Below, piece by piece: positions 57,001 to 64,000 of a DNA stretch of 64,000 nucleotides. The notes below the pieces were generated by a model that was given only the letters and a program-made list of their open reading frames with translations, was not told the DNA's origin and did no database searches. The stretch's first letter is position 1. Each line of letters opens with the position of its first letter. Origin of the DNA: Polyangiaceae bacterium (GTDB taxonomy: Bacteria; Myxococcota_A; Polyangia; Polyangiales; Polyangiaceae); contig JANRKO010000006.1 of NCBI GenBank assembly GCA_033763455.1, positions 160,001 to 224,000 of the forward strand. The letters are read 5' to 3'. Position numbers and translations under genes: made by a program.

Positions 57001-58729
57001 CAGCTTCGGTGAGCGCGCGTGCGGCTCGGTCCGGCTTCCCGGTAAGGCACATTCGTAGGGCCAGGGCGCTCATGCGGCTATGTCGGAGCTCCGGATCCGA
57101 TTCCGAATTGGCAATCCAAAGCAGCGCTTTGTCTACTTCTTCGGGAGTACTTAGATGAGAGCTCGGGCCGTACGCGCCGAGCCACGCAGACAGCAGTGCC
57201 TCGGCTTCTGGCTGGCTCTCGTTGAGCGGCACGGCCGCTCCGCGAAGCGCAGCCCTGCGTACGGTTTCAAAATGAAGGCCCGGCTCACCCGCGGTTAGAA
57301 TAAGCCCGAGTTGTGTGCCGGCGTCTTCGAACCACTGCTTGTCGGCGATGCTGGCAGCCAGGAACCGTTCGATGCGGAGTCGCTCGACGGCGGTGTTTGG
57401 CTCACCGTGCTGAAGAAGCTCTCGTGCACGGGGAGCTTGCCCTAGGTGGCGCGCGCTCATCTCTGCGGCGCGGTAAATGTAGCGATCGCGTTCGGCGACG
57501 GTAGTTGATTGCTGAGCGAGGCGTTCGTAGAGCTCGGCGAGAGCCTTCGGCTGGTCGGCTTGTGCGTGGAGCTCAAGCTCTAAAGCTGGTGCAAGCAGGC
57601 CCTCCGGGGTGGCGACTCTAGCGCTACCGGCGGCCGCAAGGGCGCGCGCGAGGTCGCCACGTTGCCGAGCGCTCACGGCGATGTGCAGCCATGCTGCAGC
57701 CTTTTCCGAGTCGGTGGGCTCAAGTTCAAGCCACGCTGTCGCATGACGCGTGCACGCTTCAAGATCTGAGCCAATGCCCGCGTCTGCCAGGGCCAAAGCG
57801 CGCACGCCGGCATGACCCTTGGCCAGCTCGAGTGCGTCGTCGAAGCGCGCCTGCACTCCGTCACCGGAGGCCCGCCCCCAGAGTGCCGCCTTCAGCGCAG
57901 AGTACACTGCGTGCAAGGAGCCTTCTTCCGGCAACAGGCCGAGCCGTGAAGCTGCGTTTTCACCAAGCACCGAAAATAAGCTGGCCTGACGCTGCAGCGC
58001 TTCTTTGGTTACTTCTGGCTGAGCGTGCAAAATTCCCCAACGCTCCAACTCTTGCAGTGGTGCCCAAGCCGCTTCACCCCCCAAATCAGCAGCTGCTTTG
58101 AACGCTTCTAACGCACGCTCAGTTTCCCCCAGGCGATCAGCGATTCGTGCCGCCTCGCAATGGAGAAGAGATTTCCAGTCGCGATGTTGGGTGGCCTCCG
58201 CCTGCATCGCGAGCGCTCGTTCGCGCAAGTCTTCGTCGTGGGTGTGAACGGCGAGAAGCTCGAACAGGAGCCATGTGCTGGGCTCGGTAGCGTCGTTAGC
58301 GGACGCAGCGTCCAGGTATTCTCGCGCTTTCGCGGTATCAGAGCGGACAAGTGCCGCTAGCGCGAGATACAACAGCGCTTGGGTGCGTTCCTCACCCGAC
58401 ACAAAAGAATTCTCTAGGTGACTCAGGATCTCGCTGATGCGCTCAGGTGCTTGCCGTTCGGCGACACCGAGCGCCGAGAAGAGAGGCTCGACGAAGTGTT
58501 GCACGCGCTCGGCCGACTCCACGAGTGTGGTAATGGAGGCGTCAACGTCGTTGAGCAGCGCTCGGATCCATCCTTCCTCGTACAAGAGGATGGCGCGGCG
58601 TTCTGCGCTGTCGCACGCTTCGCGCTCAGCGCTCAGCTGGTCCAACGCTCCTTGTGGCACTTGCACTGCCACAAGGGGAGTGTGGGTGGGGGTGCCGGGA
58701 TCAGGGCTCGGGGAAGGAGAAAACGACAT
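54017..58729 (-). CDS. giant TPR-repeat protein (paralog of downstream gene)
   Basis: 1570 aa, Ala/Leu/Glu/Arg-rich helical repeats (LEPDHVGALAL), C-terminal domain similar to that of the neighbour. Confidence 0.8.
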   Translation of the reverse strand: MSFSPSPSPDPGTPTHTPLVAVQVPQGALDQLSAEREACDSAERRAILLYEEGWIRALLNDVDASITTLVESAERVQHFVEPLFSALGVAERQAPERISEILSHLENSFVSGEERTQALLYLALAALVRSDTAKAREYLDAASANDATEPSTWLLFELLAVHTHDEDLRERALAMQAEATQHRDWKSLLHCEAARIADRLGETERALEAFKAAADLGGEAAWAPLQELERWGILHAQPEVTKEALQRQASLFSVLGENAASRLGLLPEEGSLHAVYSALKAALWGRASGDGVQARFDDALELAKGHAGVRALALADAGIGSDLEACTRHATAWLELEPTDSEKAAAWLHIAVSARQRGDLARALAAAGSARVATPEGLLAPALELELHAQADQPKALAELYERLAQQSTTVAERDRYIYRAAEMSARHLGQAPRARELLQHGEPNTAVERLRIERFLAASIADKQWFEDAGTQLGLILTAGEPGLHFETVRRAALRGAAVPLNESQPEAEALLSAWLGAYGPSSHLSTPEEVDKALLWIANSESDPELRHSRMSALALRMCLTGKPDRAARALTEAEESGYREPVAALMMANLSQKRGAWKETAQALSQLALGTHDREHAAALLLQAGLCSWRANEPQTALASFESAHELAPAASRPLLAWGRRVHQPDLPDVRRKALEAPLSDESRALLLLERFTLEAQEPDGLAKAGETLALLVAETPSELCSTSALTEALWFNATEASCDERCEVFERLADWGEQATVIARSATYYARLADESSGQADIRDCAEEWVKCDPTVLPALEWLWASQQSEDPESEARAHHTLAARLHGSARCTFERTAATMQLLLDENAPKPELTGTDAESRLLNLELSPPGSDPRRRATSLAHAMDVLGDENRSLLTALAGYNLLAAGELASAEQAFQVAAAESPEDIFVWEGLRAVAEASNNRGLLAEAYAGLGDSVTDDAQGALYWEKAAGILLDELSEPVLGEHALSRSVARDIHRTRCFDRLFRIVREKKDHPRLLELIDARESATDDPEELAKLFWERARAMRSLNRLPEALLALESVQMLEPDHVGALALAAEIYMSQGDFAQAAEQLANLANQRNAPAQQRLMSGVAAVDIYENRLKDTPKALSVLADLYRSGHSTLPVRERLARAAAGAGAFEQALDVLEDLSRERETSQGRAEAARLCLVIARDKLQQPARAKKAALCLLAELPADPEALDLVMATSEHDAEIMQQLANRSRTPLVRLVLSDPFEPGPLKLLDRLATCLGDAPLRQVTLGALVLLGHGDPAIEAELRKLDEKVPSSPSMAIDAHSIPDLLDPEDEGPLAQLFHEAAPSYAEILGPTLESFGVGKKQRVEPRLGLAIRNEISAWAGALGVGEFELYVGGEQPDRVRGIVGEPPALVIGTSVLSPLSPAHRQAVARELFALRRGTSILRSREPTEVAALIAATGQVLGVDQKAPSYALTAEFVRLLGKGLSRKARKALPPLLEQTSQAAQEPLRWVAAALSSMDRVAALAAGDVSWVLAKTPDMRGSRVSSVDERERLRKLLCFVLDPRYLALRRELGLGVQ

Positions 58730-58836
58730 GCGTAGGGGATTCGGGCGGCACTCTATCTCGATTTCGTCGAGCCTGATTCACAAACAGTGGCACACATGAA
58801 GTTGCCTCAATGCTCAGGCTGCGGGAGATTTTCGGT

Positions 58837-59400
58837 TCAATCGTGGCGGCGAACGACCCAGAACCCGCGGGGCGTGTCGATAGGCACTTCGCTCACCTCG
58901 CCCTTTCGCAGGCGAAAGACGGCGTACTCAACGCTCGGCTCGAGTACTCCCTGCTCGATTCTGCCCGCATTCTCTACCGATCCCCGATCCCCTTTCTTCA
59001 CCGCCGCTGCAAAGTCCGCGCGTGCTTCGGGGATTACCGCCGAAGCCTTGGCGAACGCAACGGCGCGGGTTGGCGCGTCGGCCTCGGCCAATTCGGCTCC
59101 AGCATAAGGGAAAAGTATGACTCCAAAGCGCAGCCCGCGGGGCGCGTCGGCCGGCAAGCTGGGGACGGGCGCACCGTCTTCGAGTGTCGAGAATCTGTCC
59201 TTTCGAGGGCCCGCTGGCGCCACAGCGGCAGCCTGCGGGGCGCTCGGAATTGCCGCCTCGGATTTTGCGATTTTTGGCGGTTCCTTTGCGGGGGGAGCGG
59301 GCTTCTTGTCGAACCCGAGGGCGGCTGGGCGCAGCACCGCAAGGGCGAGTATCCCGGCACCGAACACTAGGCCGATTATTCTTAGGGTCCACTGTCGCAT
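58837..59400 (-). CDS. exported parvulin/PpiC-like (rotamase-fold) protein, degenerate
   Basis: N-terminal hydrophobic anchor; GDRGS..NAG and VEYAVFRLRKGEVSEVPIDTPRGFWVVRR. Confidence 0.75.
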   Translation of the reverse strand: MRQWTLRIIGLVFGAGILALAVLRPAALGFDKKPAPPAKEPPKIAKSEAAIPSAPQAAAVAPAGPRKDRFSTLEDGAPVPSLPADAPRGLRFGVILFPYAGAELAEADAPTRAVAFAKASAVIPEARADFAAAVKKGDRGSVENAGRIEQGVLEPSVEYAVFRLRKGEVSEVPIDTPRGFWVVRRHD

Positions 59401-59510
59401 CGTGCTCTCGGGTTTCGCGTATCATGACCCTGTGTTGGCCTGGAAGCGTGCTCGGTGCGGAGAGCGACAAATCGCCGGCGGTTTGGTATTGATGAAGAGA
59501 TACCCGCGAT

Positions 59511-62500
59511 ATGTTTAAAGTGAACTGCCCTGGTTGTGATGCGCCGTACCAGGTTGACGAGCGGCGAGTTCCTGAAACTGGCCTCAAGATGCGCTGCCCC
59601 AAGTGTGGCACCTCGTTTCAGGTAGATTCACCAGCGTCAGGACTGCCTACCCCTGGATCGTCGAATGCGTTGCCCGAGCCCGCCGCGCCGGGTCCCGGCA
59701 AGCGTGCGCCGAAGCCTACGATGATGGGAGTAGCTCCGGGCATCGGGATTCCGCCACCTCGCCGCCCGGCGCCTCCCAAGCCAGCGCAGGCGGCACCAAG
59801 CCCGGAGGAAGTCTACGAGGTCGCCTCTATCATGCCGGAGCCAGACGACGATCTGCCCCAGGCAGCAACCAATGTGCGAGTGCCGGCACCAGCGCGGCCC
59901 ATGGGAGGCCCACCGCCCGCGCCACCTCGAGCACCGCTCGGCCCACCCCCGCGTGCTCCCGTGGCCGTGGCTACAGCAGAGGTGCCCAAGGCACCGGCTC
60001 CGAGTGCGCGCGCGCCGGCAGGCGTGCTAGAAATAGACCTTCCTTCGCCCGTGCCGCCGGATCCAGGTTCTCCGCGCGGTAGTTTGAAGCCCGATGCCGG
60101 TGAACTTTCGTTGCCCGACTTCGAAGACGCGCCTCTTCCGGCCGTGGCGATCGAGAAGCCAAAGGTGCCCGAAAAGCTCACCAGCTTGAGGCCAACGCTC
60201 GGTGCGAGCGATGCGTTCGAACTCGATTTGCCTGTCGTGCCAGTTGCCACGTCTAAGCCAGCGGGTTCGTCCGCAGGTTTCGGTGAGCTTGACCTCGATG
60301 ATGTTCCGCTTCCCGCGGTGGTTCCAGCGCCAGGACGGTCACGGGAGGGTGAGTTGGATTTGCCGACTCACGCGGAGCGCGGCGGTCTGTCATTGGACGC
60401 GCAGCTACCATCACCCGCCGAGAATTGGCCACGGCCAGGTCTGACGCGGAGTGCCGAAGGCTTGCCATCGTTGCCGATGGACAATTCACTCCCGTCGCCG
60501 GCCCAATCACTGCCGTCTTCATTGCATTCTCTTCCGTCGCCCTTTGGAGGTCGCGCAGGTCCTCCGGCGTCGTCCCAACCGGAGCTGCCAGAAGCAGCCG
60601 ACGCGCTTCCGGATTTCGGTCAGCTACCGTCACTTTCGAATCGGCCGCCGCCGGTGGCTCAGGCAGGGCGTGCCAGCCAGCCCCAGCTGGGACCGTTCGA
60701 GAGCCAGCACGATGTTGGGCGGGCGCTCTTTGGGGACAGTGGTGAGCTTACATTCGAAAGTCAGCCACCGAGGGCGAGCCTCAGCAATCCACCATTCGGG
60801 TCGGCTCAACCCACTCGCACGGGTATGCCTTCTGCTACACCCGGTCCCGATAGCTTTGGAGAGATTTCGTTGCCCGGGGCAGAGAGCGAGCCACCCAACG
60901 CCGAGGCGCGTTCTCCTTTGGGGGCCCAGCCGGTACACGCATTGGGGGCTGGGCCGCTTGAGCTCGACACTTCTGGCAATAGCAATCGACCGCCAGCTAA
61001 TACTTCTGTGTTTTCGAGCTCGGCGGCAGCCGCACGTTCTGCACGCGTTTCGCTGGGGCCCCGCGTGACCAAAGGGGCTAACGATGCTGCTCCGGCGCCT
61101 CAGCGCAGGGCGCTGAAGGTTGCGGCCGTCATTCTGACCCCGCTATTTCTTGGTGGAGGTGCGCTAACGTTCGTGCCTGAGTTGGGGCCCTTCGGTTACT
61201 ATTTCGTTAGCGATAAGCTGAACGAGGAAGAAAATCGTGCTCTTTTGGCTTCGACTGTTAAGGCTGCGCGAGCCGCAATGGCAAGGGATACATTTTCGGA
61301 CGGCAGGCGAGCCTTCGATTTAGTAAGAGCTGCCAGAGCACAGGCGCCGCGCGAGAAGTCTTTCGTTGCATACGCGGTGTTTGTCGGCTTCATGCACAAG
61401 TTGCGTTTTGACAAGGCACCGGAGATCCAGGCAAGCGCGGAAGTATTGTTGAGCGAACTCAGCGATAGCGGCGACATCGAATACGCGGATCTGGCCCGCG
61501 CCGCAGCGGCAAGCTCGCGGGACAATCTCGCTCGGCCGCTCAACCAATTGCGCGATCTTCAGAAACGCCAACCAAACAACGTAGACGTACTCATCATGTA
61601 CGCGGAGATGGCGCTTCGCGCCCGCAAGGAGCCAGCGCTTGCTATCTCCGCCTGGGAACGGGCCCAGACTGTCGAAAAGAGCGCTCGTACGTGGTTTGGG
61701 TTGGCGCGAGCGAAACACCAAGCGGGAGATGCTAAGGGTGCAGAAGTTGCCGCTCAGCAAGCACTGAACGCGAACCCCGCGCATGCCGGTTCGAAGGTGC
61801 TCCTGGCGGAGCTGCTTTGGGAAGGGCAGGAGAAGGAGGCCCAAGCCGCGGATTGGTTAGCCTCAGTGATTGCGCCCAATTCGGGAGCCAGCACCGAAGA
61901 GATCGTGCGTGCTCACACGCTTCTCGGTGATATTCATGCTTCGCGATCCCGCATCAGCCAGGCGGAGAAGTCCTACGAAGCGGCGCTCAAGGTTAACCCA
62001 CAAGATGCTTATGCGTTGATTGGGCTTGGCAAGACTTTGCAGCAGGCTGGTCGGCACTCAGAGGCTTTGGCCCGCTTTGAAGCAAGCAATCAGGTGGATG
62101 CGGACAATCTCAAAGCACAGTTAGGGATTGCGCAGAGCAAGCTCAGCCTTGAACGCTTGGATGATGCCGAAGCCGATCTTAAAAAGCTCCGCGAGGTACA
62201 TCCTCAGGAGTTTGAGGTGGCGTATTGGTTGGGGCGAGCAGAAGACGCACTCGGGCATCGCGATGTCGCCGAAAAGAGCTATCGAGAGGCCATCCTGCTT
62301 GGAGGAGGCAAGCTCCGGGCTGCGAGCGCCTACGTAGGGTTGGTCACGCTGCTCAATCAATTGGGTCGCACAGCCGAGGCTGACCAGATGCTGAGCGAGG
62401 CTAGGAAGAGCTTGCCAGATGCTCCGGCTATCCGGCGAGCGTTCGGGGATTTGGCTTCTAGCGCGGGTAACTACGAACTGGCGCTGGCTGAGTACCGCGC

Positions 62501-63527
62501 CGCGCTCGCTCTGGATCCGAAGGATCTAGGAGCTAAGTTTGAATTGGGGGTAACTCTACGGCGGAGCCGCCGGTTTGCAGATGCCCTAAAGGTCTTCGAC
62601 GAAGTGGCAGTGGCGGACCCGGATCACCCGGGCCTGGCACTTGAACGCGGCCTTCTATTTGAGGAGTCCGGCAGTCGGGACGACGCGCTCAAAGCCTACG
62701 AACAAGCTTTGGCAAAAGCCCCAACCGATCTCGACGTGATGCTGCGGGTAGGTTGTGGTAAGGCTGCCGCAGGCCGAGGCAAAGAGGCCGTGCAGCTGCT
62801 TCGCAAGGTGCTCGAAGCGCGCCCCAATTCAGCAGAAACAAGCCACTGTATGGGGCGAGCCCTGCTCGTGGAAGGCAACAACCTAACCGATGCACAGCGC
62901 ATGCTGCAGCGGGCCGTCGAGCTGGATCCCAATCGAGCACATTACCACTTGTATGTTGGTTGGGTCGCAGCGGACGTGGGCCAAGCGGACCGAGCGCGAG
63001 CATCTTTCAACAAGGCACTGGAGCTCGACCGCGGGTTTGCTGACGCTTATTGGCGTCGAGGCATCCTGCTTGCGCGCCAGGGCGCCGTGAAGGACGCAGT
63101 CGCAGATTTCACAGAAGCACTTCGTCTGCGACCGAACCTGTATGACGTTCACGCAGAGTTGGCCGACGCGTATTACGATTTGGGCCAAGAAGCCGAAGCG
63201 TTGGCGCACTGGGGAAAGGCCGTCGAAGGTCGGCCGGATGAGCCGCTGTGGCAGTTTCGGTATGGGCGCCTACTGGTGGCTAACCGTCAGGATGCACTTG
63301 CTAAGCCACATCTCGAACGCGCCGTGGCCCTGGCTCAAAACGCAGATCCTCGCCCAAGGTGGCTCTGGGAAGCGCATCACATGTTGGCTCAAGCTCTCGG
63401 CCTAGTGCCTGCCGCCGTCGAACACTGGGAACAATTCCTGCGCTTGAGCCCTACGGACTCCCCTTATCGGCGCGAGGCCATCACAGCGCTAGAACGTTTG
63501 GGCCGCCGCTGGGACGAAGTGCCTTAA
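59511..63527 (+). CDS. MJ0042-type zinc-ribbon / Pro-rich linker / TM / TPR protein
   Basis: CPGCDAPYQVDERRVP...RCPKCGTSFQV, about 500-aa Pro-rich linker, one TM segment, many TPRs. Confidence 0.85.
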   Translation: MFKVNCPGCDAPYQVDERRVPETGLKMRCPKCGTSFQVDSPASGLPTPGSSNALPEPAAPGPGKRAPKPTMMGVAPGIGIPPPRRPAPPKPAQAAPSPEEVYEVASIMPEPDDDLPQAATNVRVPAPARPMGGPPPAPPRAPLGPPPRAPVAVATAEVPKAPAPSARAPAGVLEIDLPSPVPPDPGSPRGSLKPDAGELSLPDFEDAPLPAVAIEKPKVPEKLTSLRPTLGASDAFELDLPVVPVATSKPAGSSAGFGELDLDDVPLPAVVPAPGRSREGELDLPTHAERGGLSLDAQLPSPAENWPRPGLTRSAEGLPSLPMDNSLPSPAQSLPSSLHSLPSPFGGRAGPPASSQPELPEAADALPDFGQLPSLSNRPPPVAQAGRASQPQLGPFESQHDVGRALFGDSGELTFESQPPRASLSNPPFGSAQPTRTGMPSATPGPDSFGEISLPGAESEPPNAEARSPLGAQPVHALGAGPLELDTSGNSNRPPANTSVFSSSAAAARSARVSLGPRVTKGANDAAPAPQRRALKVAAVILTPLFLGGGALTFVPELGPFGYYFVSDKLNEEENRALLASTVKAARAAMARDTFSDGRRAFDLVRAARAQAPREKSFVAYAVFVGFMHKLRFDKAPEIQASAEVLLSELSDSGDIEYADLARAAAASSRDNLARPLNQLRDLQKRQPNNVDVLIMYAEMALRARKEPALAISAWERAQTVEKSARTWFGLARAKHQAGDAKGAEVAAQQALNANPAHAGSKVLLAELLWEGQEKEAQAADWLASVIAPNSGASTEEIVRAHTLLGDIHASRSRISQAEKSYEAALKVNPQDAYALIGLGKTLQQAGRHSEALARFEASNQVDADNLKAQLGIAQSKLSLERLDDAEADLKKLREVHPQEFEVAYWLGRAEDALGHRDVAEKSYREAILLGGGKLRAASAYVGLVTLLNQLGRTAEADQMLSEARKSLPDAPAIRRAFGDLASSAGNYELALAEYRAALALDPKDLGAKFELGVTLRRSRRFADALKVFDEVAVADPDHPGLALERGLLFEESGSRDDALKAYEQALAKAPTDLDVMLRVGCGKAAAGRGKEAVQLLRKVLEARPNSAETSHCMGRALLVEGNNLTDAQRMLQRAVELDPNRAHYHLYVGWVAADVGQADRARASFNKALELDRGFADAYWRRGILLARQGAVKDAVADFTEALRLRPNLYDVHAELADAYYDLGQEAEALAHWGKAVEGRPDEPLWQFRYGRLLVANRQDALAKPHLERAVALAQNADPRPRWLWEAHHMLAQALGLVPAAVEHWEQFLRLSPTDSPYRREAITALERLGRRWDEVP

Positions 63528-63597
63528 GGCGCCGTACCAATCCGTTTTGCGGCAGATAAAAACGAAACGGTAGCCGAGCAGCGGCTTCTCGGCAGAA

Positions 63598-63644
63598 GCA
63601 GAAAAGAAACCGGGCCCCCGATCAGAGGAGCCCGGTTTTTCTGC
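63598..63644. terminator. bidirectional intrinsic terminator
   Basis: AAACCGGGC...GCCCGGTTT stem flanked by A-tract and T-tract, between convergent genes. Confidence 0.75.
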
Positions 63645-63703
63645 GTCGGTGCCTAGCCAACGACGCCCCAGCGCTGCCGTCGCAGCTGCGGCCAACTGCG
63701 CAC

Positions 63704-64000
63704 TTAGCCTGCAGCAGGCGCGGCTTCTACGGGTGCGGGTGCCGTTCCGGGCTGGAAATCCCACACGAACGTCCCTTCACCATCGCGCTTGTCCGGCGGA
63801 TCCAAGACCAGGCCATTGAGCGACTTTACGACACATTCGCCAAGTGCTGCCGGCGCACTTGTCTGATCCGCGGCTATCGCGGCGTTTACAATCTTGCCTG
63901 TCTCTTTCTCCACCTTGAATTTTACTGCCACGATCCCCTTGGCTCCCGGGTCTGCCTTGAGGGCGGCGTCGTAACAGGTTTTGACATCTGCTTGGCGTTG
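63704..64000 (-). CDS. 3' part of an AgmX/PglI C-terminal (TonB-C-like) domain protein; start lies outside the window
   Basis: VKTCYDAALKADP...GIVAVKF.V...G...LGECVVKSL....F.WDF. Confidence 0.7.
   Translation of the reverse strand, partial: QRQADVKTCYDAALKADPGAKGIVAVKFKVEKETGKIVNAAIAADQTSAPAALGECVVKSLNGLVLDPPDKRDGEGTFVWDFQPGTAPAPVEAAPAAG

Overview
A gene-dense bacterial window of roughly 60% GC. It is very probably Myxococcota (Polyangiales-like), judging from Myxococcus cysteine-rich repeats with a fibro-slime domain, TPR/PEGA proteins, an MJ0042-type zinc-ribbon/TPR protein, an AgmX-like C-terminal domain and many lipoproteins. 1-12 kb is a glycan-modification island: a GmhB-like tail, dedicated transaldolase, SIS isomerase, NAD epimerase, DPM1-like GT2, three methyltransferase ORFs (one truncated), HddA-type kinase and three GT-C-like membrane proteins. 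12-36 kb holds rbsK/AraC, a yciB-MscS-lipoprotein operon, livKHMGF, uppP, a frameshifted LRR lipoprotein, a DNA MTase plus PD-(D/E)XK nuclease pair, a fibro-slime protein, a DTW (TapT) protein fused to an apparently dead DnaQ-like domain, an HSD17B14-like SDR, apaG, vapBC, a lipoprotein hydrolase, a PEGA protein and purU. 37-40.5 kb is an accessory block of three lipoproteins and an AAA+/DUF4143 ATPase, next to a 36-bp tandem repeat and a duplicated prfC 3' end. 40.5-64 kb holds prfC, ggt, moaB, GT4, DUF971, rpsU, two giant TPR paralogs, a degenerate parvulin, the zinc-ribbon TPR protein and a partial AgmX-like gene. I recognised no rRNA, tRNA, CRISPR array, integrase or transposase. All calls come from motif reading by eye and none from database searches.
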